DNA of 32,000 nt from Kineococcus radiotolerans SRS30216 = ATCC BAA-149 (GCF_000017305.1 NC_009664.2:3720001-3752000); one strand, 5' to 3'; positions 23,978 to 32,000 are shown, counted from the stretch's first letter. Notes: generated from the sequence alone by a model not told the origin. Program-made: numbers and translations.

Positions 23978-25259
23978 CCGCGCCGCTGGAGGCGGCCACC
24001 GCGAGCAGCAGCAGCGCCCCCACCAGCCAGAACTGGTTGTAGAAGGCCTGCTTGTTCACCAGGTTCGCCACGAGCAGCACCGCCGCGCACCAGGTCAGCA
24101 GCCCCGCCAGGCCCACCGGGCGCCGGCGCAGCGCCACCACCGCCGCCACCAGGACCCCGAGGACGACGACGCCCACGACGAGGACCGGCAGCCGCACCCC
24201 GGTCTCGTTGAGCACCAGGGTGTACAGGGTGTCGGCGAAGACCAGCGGGGGCAGGTCCAGCATCGTCGTGACGGTGTCGTGCCAGAAGTCGCCGACGCCG
24301 GCGAGCACCCACGGCGCCACGAGCAGCCCCGCGCCCCCGGCGGCCACGACGGTGCGCCGCCACCCGAAGCGGGGCCACACCGCCAGCAGCGGCAGCAGCG
24401 CCACGACGTGCTGCTTGCTGGCCAGGGCGACGGCGAGGGGGACCACGGCCCACCAGGCCCGCCCGCTGCGCACCAGCAGGGCCCACCCGGCCAGCCCCAC
24501 CAGCACCGTCGGTTCCGTCCAGGCCTGCTCGACGAGGGTCCCCGAGCCCGGGGCCAGCAGCAGCAGCGCGGCCGCCGCGAGCGCCGGGCGCCGCCAGCGC
24601 CCCACGGCCGCGACGAGCACGGCGCTCAGCAGGACGAGCACCGCGAGGGCCCAGCGCACGTCGCCGGCCAGCCACCGCCCGGGGGCGCTCAGCACGGCCG
24701 TCCACGGCAGGTAGGCGAAGGCGTCGGCGATGCCGGGGGAACCGACCCAGGTCCGGGCGTAGATGGACTCGCCCTCGGCCATCGCGTCGGCGGACTGCTG
24801 CAGGATCACCCAGACGTCGATGCGGGGCGCGGGGTCGCCGAGGACCACGAGGACGGCGGTGGCCGCGGCCCCGGCGAGGGCGGCGGCCAGGGCCAGCGCC
24901 CGGCTGGCGCCCCGCCCGGGCAGCAGGAGGCCGGCGACGACCAGGCACGACACCCCGAGGACGATCCGCACCAGCAGCTGCCCGGAGTCGTCGAGGTAGC
25001 TGAAGGCGGGCACCGCGAGGTTCACCAGCCCCACCAGCGCGAGCGCCGCGGAGGGCACCCAGCCCCCGGCGCGGGGCCCGCTGCCGGGGCCGCGGTCGTC
25101 GCGGGCGGTCCAGGCCAGCCCGACGACGACCGCGGCGACCGCGACGTAGCCGACGACGATCCACCACCGGTAGCGGACGACGCTGTGGGTGGCCAGAGCC
25201 ATCAGCGCGCACCAGGCCGCCAGCGCGCACGCGTCGCGGCGGCCCATCCGGTCGGTCAC
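23880..25259 (-). CDS. Polytopic membrane GT-C glycosyltransferase, DUF2029/GT87-like (polyprenol-phosphate-mannose-dependent mannosyltransferase-like)
   Basis: 459 aa with at least 10 predicted TM helices. The first extracytoplasmic loop (RIDVWVILQQSADAMAEGESIY) resembles the D-x-x-V-Y...G..Y motif of GT87/DUF2029. The GTG at 25259 overlaps the fadD stop (GTGA); an alternative ATG lies at 25247. Confidence 0.6.
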   Translation of the reverse strand: MTDRMGRRDACALAAWCALMALATHSVVRYRWWIVVGYVAVAAVVVGLAWTARDDRGPGSGPRAGGWVPSAALALVGLVNLAVPAFSYLDDSGQLLVRIVLGVSCLVVAGLLLPGRGASRALALAAALAGAAATAVLVVLGDPAPRIDVWVILQQSADAMAEGESIYARTWVGSPGIADAFAYLPWTAVLSAPGRWLAGDVRWALAVLVLLSAVLVAAVGRWRRPALAAAALLLLAPGSGTLVEQAWTEPTVLVGLAGWALLVRSGRAWWAVVPLAVALASKQHVVALLPLLAVWPRFGWRRTVVAAGGAGLLVAPWVLAGVGDFWHDTVTTMLDLPPLVFADTLYTLVLNETGVRLPVLVVGVVVLGVLVAAVVALRRRPVGLAGLLTWCAAVLLVANLVNKQAFYNQFWLVGALLLLAVAASSGAVSPAPAPGQRERRSRPAGPSAVAPAPPTPSAD

Positions 25260-27055
25260 GAGGTGTAGAGGGCCTCGACCTCGTCGGCGAGGTCGGTGAG
25301 GACCTCCGAGCGCTTCACCTTCATCGAGGGGGTGAGGTAGCCGTTCTCCACGGTGAAGTCCTCGGTGAGGACGCGGAAGCGGCGGATCGACTCCGCCCGG
25401 CTGACCGAGGCGTTGGCCTTGTCCACGGCCCGCTGCAGCTCGGCGAGGACGTCGGCGTCGGTGCGCGCGGTGGGCAGGTCCAAGCCCGCCTTGCCGTGGT
25501 TGGCCCCCCAGGAGGGGAGGGCCTCCTCGTCGAGGGTCAGCAGGCAGCCCACGAAGTGCCGCCCGTCGCCGACGACGACGGCCTGGGAGATCAGCGGGTG
25601 CGCGCGCAGCCGGTCCTCCAGGTTGGCCGGCACGACGTTCTTGCCGTTGGCCGTGACGATGATCTCCTTCTTGCGCCCGGTGATGCGCAGGTTCCCGTCC
25701 TCGTCCAGGGAGCCGAGGTCCCCGGTGCGGAACCAGCCGTCGAGGAAGGCCTCCTCGGTCTCCCGGGGCCGGCCGAGGTACTCGCGGAACACCCCCACGC
25801 CGCGGGCGAGGACCTCCCCGTCCTCGGCGATGGTGATGTCGGTGCCGGGCAGCGGCGGCCCGACGGTGCCGATGCGCAACCGGGAGGGGCGGGTCACGGT
25901 CAGGGGCGCGGCGGTCTCGGTGAGGCCGTAGCCCTCGAGCACGACCAGGCCCGTGCCGCGGAAGAAGTGCGCCAGGTGCTCACCCATCGGGGCCCCGCCG
26001 GAGACGGCGTACTCGACGCGCCCGCCCATGAGCGCGCGCAGCTTGGAGTACACGAGCCGGTCGAAGAGCCGGTGCCGCAGCTTCAGCGGCAGCGACGGGC
26101 CGCCGGTGTCCAGGGAGCGCGACCAGGCGTCGGCGGTGCGGGCGGCCTGCTCGAAGATCCGCGCCTTGACCTTCCCGCCGGACGCGGCGCGCTGCTCGGC
26201 GCCGTTGTAGACCTTCTGGAAGACCCGCGGGACGGCGAGGATGAACGTGGGGCGGAACCCGGCGAGGTCGCCCAGCAGGTCCTTGGCGTCGGCGGTGTGG
26301 CCCATCCGGATGCGGCTGACCAGGCACAGCGCCTGGATGAAGCGGGCGAAGACGTGGGCCAGGGGGATGAACAGCAGGGTCGCGGCGCCGGGGCGGCGCA
26401 GCACCTCGGGGATCGCGGCGTCGGCGTTGCGGGCCAGGTCCAGGAAGTTGCCGTGGGTGAGCAGGCAGCCCTTGGGGCGGCCGGTCGTGCCGGAGGTGTA
26501 GATGATCGTCATCGGGTCGTCGGGGCCGGCCAGCGTCCGGGAGCGCTCGACCTCGGCGTCGGCGATGTCGCGCCCGGCGGTCCGCAGCTCCTCGACGGCA
26601 CCGGACTCCAGGGTCCAGACGTCGCGCAGCCGGGGCAGGCGCTCGCGCACCGTCGCCACCCGCCCGGCGTTCTCGGTGGTCTCGACCACGCAGGCCACGC
26701 AGCCGGAGTCGGCGAGGATCCACTCGATCTGCTCGGGGGAGCTGGTCTCGTAGACCGGGACGGTGACGGCGCCGGCGAACCAGCCGGCGACGTCGAACAG
26801 CGTCCACTCGTAGCTGGTCCGGCCCATGATCCCGATGCGGTCGCCGGGGGCGATGCCCGCGGCCAGCAACCCCTTGGCGATGGCCGTGACCTCGGCGAGG
26901 AACTCCTCGGCGGTGGTGTCCCGCCACTGCCCGTCCGCGCCCTTGCGGCTCACGCTGACGCGCCGGGGTTCCTGCCGGGCGGTCTCCACCACGCAATCGG
27001 TCAGGTTGCCGGTCGTGGCGGGCTGGACGAGCGGTGGCTCGCAGCTGCTCCGCAC
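25256..27055 (-). CDS. fadD: Long-chain fatty-acid--CoA ligase (AMP-dependent synthetase, FadD15-like)
   Basis: 599 aa from the GTG at 27055, preceded by GAGGAGGAA at a 7-nt spacing. AMP-binding motifs IIYTSGTTGRPKG, GYGLTE, TGDLG and GRKKEIIVT are present. The 901-aa track ORF adds a Pro/Arg/Gly-rich spurious extension. Confidence 0.9.
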   Translation of the reverse strand: MRSSCEPPLVQPATTGNLTDCVVETARQEPRRVSVSRKGADGQWRDTTAEEFLAEVTAIAKGLLAAGIAPGDRIGIMGRTSYEWTLFDVAGWFAGAVTVPVYETSSPEQIEWILADSGCVACVVETTENAGRVATVRERLPRLRDVWTLESGAVEELRTAGRDIADAEVERSRTLAGPDDPMTIIYTSGTTGRPKGCLLTHGNFLDLARNADAAIPEVLRRPGAATLLFIPLAHVFARFIQALCLVSRIRMGHTADAKDLLGDLAGFRPTFILAVPRVFQKVYNGAEQRAASGGKVKARIFEQAARTADAWSRSLDTGGPSLPLKLRHRLFDRLVYSKLRALMGGRVEYAVSGGAPMGEHLAHFFRGTGLVVLEGYGLTETAAPLTVTRPSRLRIGTVGPPLPGTDITIAEDGEVLARGVGVFREYLGRPRETEEAFLDGWFRTGDLGSLDEDGNLRITGRKKEIIVTANGKNVVPANLEDRLRAHPLISQAVVVGDGRHFVGCLLTLDEEALPSWGANHGKAGLDLPTARTDADVLAELQRAVDKANASVSRAESIRRFRVLTEDFTVENGYLTPSMKVKRSEVLTDLADEVEALYTS

Positions 27056-27248
27056 GCTGGTTCCTCCTCGCATCGCTCCCGGGTCACCGCGGTCGCGCGA
27101 GGTGCGCGGGCGTCCGGGCACCGCCGTCATCGTCGGCGGGTGCGACGACCCTACCCGCGCGCCGGGGGGCCGCCTCCGCGGTCTCGCCGGAGTGTCGCGA
27201 GGACACCCGGACGGAGCAGCGGGGGCCGGCTCAAGGAGACCCGCGCGG

Positions 27249-27869
27249 GTGCCGATGCCCGCGGGTGTGAACGACGAGCAGGCGATCGCGCCGGTGCCGG
27301 TCGAGAGCGCCCCGGCACCGGGGGAGCCGCTCCTGGCCCCGCGGCCCAGCGTCCGCACCGCCACCCGCACGAGCGCCGCCTTCGGCGCGGTCGAGGTGGG
27401 GCCGCCGGTGAGCCGCCTCGTCGCGCGCCCGGAGCCCGGCGCCCCGGCGGGGGTCCCGCCCGTCCCGGGGACCCCGCCCGCCGCGCGTCCGGCGCGCTGC
27501 CCCTCCTGCGCGGCGCGGGTGCGCCCGGAGCAGGACTGGTGCTCGCTGTGCCACGCCTCGCTGCTGCCCGCCGAACCCGCCCCCGCCGTCCCCGTCCCCG
27601 CCCCCCGGGAGGCGTCGGCGGCCCCGGTCGCGCGCGTCACCGAGGACGACGACGGCCAGCTCGCCCTGGACTTCGCCGCCCCCCGCCCGCCCGCCGTCGA
27701 CGAGGCGGAGGTCGCCCGGATGCTCGGCGCCCTCGCCCGCTCCGACCGGCCCGCACCGCGCGGGCTGGGGAGCCGGCAGGCCAAGGTCGCCGTCGCCGTC
27801 GGCGGTGGCCTGGGGCTCACGGCCCTGCTGCTGGGCGCGATGACCGCGATCGGGGCGGTCCTGGGCTGA
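27249..27869 (+). CDS. Hypothetical zinc-ribbon protein with C-terminal TM anchor
   Basis: AAGGAG lies 10 nt upstream of GTG 27249 (alternatives ATG 27255, GTG 27267). The protein has a Pro/Ala-rich N-terminus, CPSCAARVRPEQDWCSLC (CxxC-x10-CxxC) and a C-terminal helix (VAVAVGGGLGLTALLLGAMTAIGAVLG). Confidence 0.55.
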   Translation: MPMPAGVNDEQAIAPVPVESAPAPGEPLLAPRPSVRTATRTSAAFGAVEVGPPVSRLVARPEPGAPAGVPPVPGTPPAARPARCPSCAARVRPEQDWCSLCHASLLPAEPAPAVPVPAPREASAAPVARVTEDDDGQLALDFAAPRPPAVDEAEVARMLGALARSDRPAPRGLGSRQAKVAVAVGGGLGLTALLLGAMTAIGAVLG

Positions 27870-27984
27870 CCCGCCCGCGGACCGGGACGGGATCGCGACG
27901 GGCACCGGGTAACCTCGCCGGGGCTGCACGTCCGCGCAGCCGCCCCGGTCGCGGGGCCCACGTCGCAGGGAGAACCGCACCGGC

Positions 27985-28977
27985 ATGGTCGAGCAGCGTC
28001 CCGAGGCCCCGCAGCGCACCACCGGAAACGCCGTCGGCGTGGACATCGGGGGCACCAAGATCGCCGCCGGGGTCGTCGACCACCGCGGCGAGATCATCGC
28101 CCAGACGCGCCGGGAGACCCCGGCGCTGCACCCCGCGGCCATCGCCGACGCCGTCGCCGACGCCGTCGCGGAGCTGGAGACCACCCACGCCTTCGCCACC
28201 GTCGGGGTCGCCGCGGCCGGTTTCGTCGACGCCGCGCGCCGCAGCGTCGTCTTCGCCCCCAACCTGGCCTGGCGCGACGAGCCCCTCGCCGACCACCTCG
28301 AGTCCCGCGTGGGCCGCCCCGTCGTCGTCGAGAACGACGCCAACGCCGCCGCCTGGGCCGAGTACCGCTTCGGCGGCGGCCTGGACGAGCACGGCAACGC
28401 CGTCGACGACCTCGTGATGCTGACCCTGGGCACCGGGCTGGGCGGCGGGATCGTCTCCGGCGGCCTGCTGCAGCGCGGGGCCAACGGGGCCGCGGCCGAG
28501 CTCGGCCACGTGCGCGCCGTCCCGGGTGGGCGCACCTGCGGGTGCGGGAACTCCGGCTGCTGGGAGCAGTACGTGTCCGGCAACGCGCTGGTGCGCGACG
28601 CCCGGGACCTGCTGCGTTCCGGCGACCCCGTCGGCGCGGTGCTGCTGCGCGAGGTCGGCGGGGACCCCGAGGCCGTCACCGGCCCGGTCGTCACCCGGCT
28701 CGCGCAGGCCGGGGACCCCGGCTGCGCCCGGTTGCTGGCCGACGTCGGCCGCTGGCTGGGGGAGGCCGTGGCGAGCTTCGTGGCGGTGCTCGACCCCGAG
28801 GTCGTCGTCATCGGCGGCGGCGTCTCCAGCGCGGGGGACCTGCTGCTGGCGCCCGCGCGGGTCAGCCTGGCCGAGAACCTCTCCGGCCGCAGCCACCGCA
28901 AGCCCCCGCCGCTGCGCACCGCCCGCCGGGGCAACGACGCGGGGATCATCGGCGCCGCCGACCTCGCGCGGGTCTGA
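27985..28977 (+). CDS. ROK-family sugar kinase (glucokinase paralog 1, more divergent)
   Basis: 330 aa with GVDIGGTK, ENDANAAAWAE, GTGLGGG, ELGH and the Zn motif CGCGNSGCWEQY. All catalytic and zinc motifs are intact. Confidence 0.88.
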   Translation: MVEQRPEAPQRTTGNAVGVDIGGTKIAAGVVDHRGEIIAQTRRETPALHPAAIADAVADAVAELETTHAFATVGVAAAGFVDAARRSVVFAPNLAWRDEPLADHLESRVGRPVVVENDANAAAWAEYRFGGGLDEHGNAVDDLVMLTLGTGLGGGIVSGGLLQRGANGAAAELGHVRAVPGGRTCGCGNSGCWEQYVSGNALVRDARDLLRSGDPVGAVLLREVGGDPEAVTGPVVTRLAQAGDPGCARLLADVGRWLGEAVASFVAVLDPEVVVIGGGVSSAGDLLLAPARVSLAENLSGRSHRKPPPLRTARRGNDAGIIGAADLARV

Positions 28978-29010
28978 GCGAACCCCACCCCTGCGATCGG
29001 GAGCAGAGAC

Positions 29011-30093
29011 ATGGCCGCACCCCGCACCCCGCGCCCACCCCGCCGGCGACGGGCGCCGGACCCCCGCCGGGTCGCGCTGCAGCAGCGCCTGCGCCAGCAG
29101 ACCCGGCGCGTCTTCATCGGGGACGGCCCCGCGGTCGGGGTCGACATCGGCGGGACGAAGGTCGCGGCCGGGGTCGTCGACGGCGAGGGCAACGTCGTCG
29201 CGCAGCTGCGCCGCGACACCCCGACGACGAGCCCGCAGGGCGTCGAGGACACCATCGCCGAGGTCGTCGAGGAGCTCGCCGCCCAGCACGACATCGTCTC
29301 CGTGGGGATCGGGGCCGCCGGCTTCGTCGACGCCGAGCGCGCCACGGTCCTCTTCGCCCCGCACCTGGCCTGGCGCCACGAGCCGCTGCGGGAGGCCGTC
29401 GAGCGCCGCATCCGCGCCCGCCTGGGGCGCCGCATCGGCCGGCGCACGATCGTCGAGAACGACGCCAACGCCGCGGCCTGGGCGGAGTACCGCTTCGGAG
29501 CCGGGCGCGAGGAGTCGCGGCTGGTGTGCGTGACGATGGGCACCGGCATCGGCGGCGGGATCGTCACCCAGGGCCGGGTCGTGCGCGGCCGCTACGGCAT
29601 CGCCGGCGAGTTCGGGCACATGATCGTCGTGCCCGGCGGCCACCGCTGCGAGTGCGGCAACCGCGGGTGCTGGGAGCAGTACGCCTCGGGCAACGCGCTG
29701 GTGCGCGAGGCCCGGGAACTGGCCCGCTCGAACTCGCCCGTCGCCCACGCCCTGCTGGAGCTGGCCGGGGGCGACCCGGAGGCCATCACCGGCCCGCTGG
29801 TGACCCGGGCCGCGAGCGCGGGGGACCCGGCGGCCGTGGAGCTCTTCGAGGACGTCGGCCGCTGGCTGGGCATCGGGGTCGCGAACCTGGCCGCCGCGCT
29901 GGACCCGGGGACGATCGTCATCGGCGGCGGGGTCTCCGACGCCGACGAGCTGCTGCTCGGGCCCTGCCGCGAGGCGTTCCGCCGCACCCTCACCGGGCGC
30001 GGCTTCCGGCCCGAGCTGACGATCGCGCGGGCCCAGCTGGGACCGGCCGCGGGGCTGGTGGGGGCGGCGGACCTGTCCCGCGGCTGGGGCTGA
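29011..30093 (+). CDS. glk: ROK-family glucokinase (paralog 2, closer to canonical actinobacterial GlkA) with Arg-rich N-terminal extension
   Basis: 360 aa with GVDIGGTK, ENDANAAAWAE, GTGIGGG, GIAGEFGH, CECGNRGCWEQYASG and AQLGPAAGLVGAADL. GGGAG lies 7 nt upstream of ATG 29011, and there is no alternative in-frame start before the DIGGT motif. Confidence 0.88.
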   Translation: MAAPRTPRPPRRRRAPDPRRVALQQRLRQQTRRVFIGDGPAVGVDIGGTKVAAGVVDGEGNVVAQLRRDTPTTSPQGVEDTIAEVVEELAAQHDIVSVGIGAAGFVDAERATVLFAPHLAWRHEPLREAVERRIRARLGRRIGRRTIVENDANAAAWAEYRFGAGREESRLVCVTMGTGIGGGIVTQGRVVRGRYGIAGEFGHMIVVPGGHRCECGNRGCWEQYASGNALVREARELARSNSPVAHALLELAGGDPEAITGPLVTRAASAGDPAAVELFEDVGRWLGIGVANLAAALDPGTIVIGGGVSDADELLLGPCREAFRRTLTGRGFRPELTIARAQLGPAAGLVGAADLSRGWG

Positions 30094-30848
30094 TGGCTCC
30101 GCCGGGCGCGCGCGCGGTGACGCGGTTGCGCGTCGCGACCGTCAACGTCCGGGAGCTCCTCGACGACACCGCCGCGCTGGGCGCCCTGCTGCGCACGGCC
30201 GCGGCCGACGTCGTGTGCGTGCAGGAGGCGCCCACCCACTCCCTCGCGGTGCACCGCCTCGGGGTCCTCGCCGCCGACGCCGGCCTGTGGGTCGCGGCCG
30301 CGGGCCGGGACGGGGCGGGGACGGCGGTGCTGACCGCGGCGCGGGTCGACGTGCGAGCCGCGTCGGTGCGGGCCCTGCCCACCCCCCGCCGCCGGGGGTG
30401 GAAGCCGGTGCGGCGGCGCGGGACGGCCGAGGTCGTCGTCCGGGTGCCGCTGGCGGGGGGCTGGTCGCGCGAGGTGCTGGTGCGCAGCGTGCACCTGGGG
30501 CTGGACCCGGCCGAGCGGTCCGGGCAGGTGGCCCGGGTGCTGCCCGGGACGCCGCTGCCCGGGCCCTGCGGGCCGTGGTTCGACGCCCCGGCGGTCCTGG
30601 CGGGGGACCTCAACGAGGAACCCGGCGGTCCCGTCCACGGGCGGCTGTCGACGGTCCTGGTGGACGCCGCCGACGCGGCCGGCTCACCCTTCCCGACCTT
30701 CCCCGCCCGGGCTCCGCGGCGGCGCCTGGACCTGGTGCTCGTCGACCACCGCCTCAGCGTGACCGCGGTGAGCACCCCCGCGGGGGAGGCGGCCGCCGCG
30801 AGCGATCACCTCGCCGTCGTCGCGGACCTGCTCGTCCCCGCGCGCTGA
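30093..30848 (+). CDS. Endonuclease/exonuclease/phosphatase (EEP) family protein
   Basis: 251 aa: RVATVNV...DVVCVQE...GDLNE...SDHLAV, the EEP catalytic motifs. The ATG overlaps the glk stop (TGATG). Confidence 0.8.
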   Translation: MAPPGARAVTRLRVATVNVRELLDDTAALGALLRTAAADVVCVQEAPTHSLAVHRLGVLAADAGLWVAAAGRDGAGTAVLTAARVDVRAASVRALPTPRRRGWKPVRRRGTAEVVVRVPLAGGWSREVLVRSVHLGLDPAERSGQVARVLPGTPLPGPCGPWFDAPAVLAGDLNEEPGGPVHGRLSTVLVDAADAAGSPFPTFPARAPRRRLDLVLVDHRLSVTAVSTPAGEAAAASDHLAVVADLLVPAR

Positions 30849-30861
30849 GGGGGACGGCGGT

Positions 30862-31470
30862 TCAGACCACGGCCCCGTCGTCGTCGTCGTCGCGCGACCC
30901 GGGCAGCCGGACGACGAGGGTGGCGAAGCCGGCCACGAAGACGGCGGCGGCGATCGCGGTGATCAGCCGCGGGGCGTCCTTCCAGCCCAGGGCCACCACG
31001 AGCAGGAAGAGGGGGGCCCCGACCACGGCGGCCCAGGCGGCCCAGCCGAGGACGTCGCGCGGCAGCGGCTGGGGCTCGGCGGGGACGAAGCCCTCCTCCT
31101 CGTCCAGGGCCCGCAGCTCGGGGGGCTCCTCGTCGCGCGGGGTCGCGGGCCGGCCCGCGGCGGGGACGTCCTCGCGGGGGGGCGGGGGCAGCGGGGCGGC
31201 CGGGCGGACCAGCCGCGGTTCGGGGCGGGCGGGTCCGGTGCCCGGGGCGGCCGCGGTGCCCTCGGCGTCGGGGCCCGCGTCGGTCCGGTCGTCGGGCCGG
31301 GTGCCGGCCCCGTCCGGTTCCCCGGGGTGCCCGGTGTCCTCGCGGGTGCTGCCGCCGCGGGTCCCGTCCCCGGCCGCGGGCGGGACGTCCTCCCCCCAGT
31401 GCGCGACGATCTCGGCGAAGGCCGCGTCGACGTCGAGGGGACCGGAGCCGTCGTCCGGGGTTCGGGACAC
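30862..31470 (-). CDS. Hypothetical membrane protein (acidic/Pro-rich N-terminal region, two C-terminal TM helices)
   Basis: Good GC3 usage from the GTG at 31470 (VSRTPDDGSGPLDVDAAFAEIVAHW...). The in-frame upstream GTG at 31533 adds 21 codons with several A-ending codons and looks non-coding. The start is uncertain. Confidence 0.5.
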   Translation of the reverse strand: MSRTPDDGSGPLDVDAAFAEIVAHWGEDVPPAAGDGTRGGSTREDTGHPGEPDGAGTRPDDRTDAGPDAEGTAAAPGTGPARPEPRLVRPAAPLPPPPREDVPAAGRPATPRDEEPPELRALDEEEGFVPAEPQPLPRDVLGWAAWAAVVGAPLFLLVVALGWKDAPRLITAIAAAVFVAGFATLVVRLPGSRDDDDDGAVV

Positions 31471-31578
31471 GCTCCATCGTGGCACGCCCGACCCGGGGTG
31501 GTCGAGGTTTCGGCGTGGCGCGGGCGCGCCCACCCGCTACTGTCCTGTGATCACCGCCGCGGACGAGAGGGGGAGGGC

Positions 31579-32000
31579 GTGCCCGGCTTCCCCGTCCTCT
31601 ACTGGCCGATCAAGCTGCTGGTGGCCGAACCGCTGGTGACCGCCGTGTTCCGGCCGTGGGTCCGCGGCCTGGAGCACGTCCCGTCCAGCGGCCCCGCCAT
31701 CCTGGCCAGCAACCACCTCTCCGCCGCCGACACGGTGCTGCTGCCGACGGTGGTGCAGCGGCGGGTCACGTTCATCGCCAAGGCCGACCTCTTCACCGGC
31801 CGCGGGCTGCGCGGCAAGCTCACCAAGGGCCTCATGCACGGCATCGGGCAGCTGCCCGTGGACCGCTCCGGCGGGCGGGCGTCCACCGCGGCCATCGACA
31901 GCGCCGTGCGGGTCCTGGGCGAGGGGGAGCTGCTGGGCATCTACCCCGAGGGCACCCGGTCCCCGGACGGGCGGCTGTACCGCGGCCGCACCGGGGTGGC
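31579..32000 (+). CDS. 1-acyl-sn-glycerol-3-phosphate acyltransferase (PlsC family), 3' end outside the window
   Basis: GTG 31579 is preceded by GAGAGGGGGAGGG. Acyltransferase motifs NHLSAAD (HX4D) and YPEGTRS are present. TACTGT at 31537-31542 is a possible -10 hexamer. Confidence 0.85.
   Translation, partial: MPGFPVLYWPIKLLVAEPLVTAVFRPWVRGLEHVPSSGPAILASNHLSAADTVLLPTVVQRRVTFIAKADLFTGRGLRGKLTKGLMHGIGQLPVDRSGGRASTAAIDSAVRVLGEGELLGIYPEGTRSPDGRLYRGRTGV

Noticed and set aside
27056-27961. N-terminal 300-aa extension of fadD suggested by the 901-aa track ORF
   Set aside because: The extension is Pro/Arg/Gly/Ala/Ser-rich, overlaps the plus-strand zinc-ribbon ORF and has no AMP-ligase similarity. 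A GAGGAGGAA site is placed exactly for the internal GTG at 27055.
25496-29748. Several very long ORFs (25496-28417 +, 27231-29567 -, 27817-29748 -, 28542-30848 +) overlapping fadD, the zinc-ribbon ORF and the ROK genes
   Set aside because: They have Arg/Gly/Pro/Ala low-complexity translations in frames alternative or antisense to genes with clear catalytic motifs. Only the 3' part of 28542-30848 (from ATG 30093) is real, as the EEP protein.
31471-31533. Longer start (GTG 31533) for the hypothetical membrane protein
   Set aside because: The extra 21 codons contain several A-ending codons (cca, cga) atypical for this genome's coding regions, and the longer start would leave only 45 nt for the divergent plsC promoter. 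It is kept as an alternative, not excluded.
1-32000. Mobile elements, prophage, CRISPR, toxin-antitoxin or defence-system signatures, tRNA/rRNA genes, low-GC islands
   Set aside because: Reading through all intergenic gaps (all 320 nt or shorter) and all supported ORFs showed no transposase, integrase or recombinase motifs, terminal inverted repeats, spacer-repeat arrays, cloverleaf-capable segments or compositional breaks. The window appears to be conserved core chromosome.

Overview
Very GC-rich (by eye above 70%), densely coded chromosomal segment with the gene content and order of an actinobacterial core region. From memory, the order resembles the M. tuberculosis Rv2181-Rv2206 and Streptomyces ctaCDF / ctaE-qcrCAB / trpD / glkA neighbourhoods. 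I support about 34 protein genes. They include the structural genes of the cytochrome bcc-aa3 respiratory supercomplex (ctaC-ctaD-ctaF on +, ctaE-qcrC-qcrA-qcrB on -), heme A synthase, a HesB/IscA Fe-S carrier and L/F-tRNA-protein transferase. They also include an L,D-transpeptidase, trpD, a Cho-like GIY-YIG nuclease fused to a DnaQ-type exonuclease, and a PimB-like GT4 next to a GT87-like membrane glycosyltransferase. The remainder are a FadD-type acyl-CoA ligase, two tandem ROK glucokinase paralogs, an EEP-family hydrolase and a PlsC-type acyltransferase. I see no tRNA or rRNA genes, CRISPR arrays, transposases, integrases or compositional islands, so this looks like core genome rather than an accessory or defence island, and I found no convincing novel multi-gene system. 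The points worth a second look are: (1) a perfect 84-bp tandem duplication across the stop codon of the aldo/keto reductase gene; (2) a recurrent TANNNT-N6-8-start-codon signature at 8 genes, implying leaderless mRNAs and fixing several start codons; (3) a RecA-NDp/PafBC-like promoter motif upstream of the cho-dnaQ fusion; (4) the tandem ROK kinases, one with an Arg-rich N-terminal tail; (5) an uncharacterised operon of a Cys4 mini-protein, an HExxH lipoprotein and a GT4; (6) a zinc-ribbon membrane protein upstream of the glucokinases; (7) a DUF3043-ctaA operon. The many long Arg/Gly/Pro/Ala-rich ORFs in alternative frames are high-GC shadow ORFs and were rejected.
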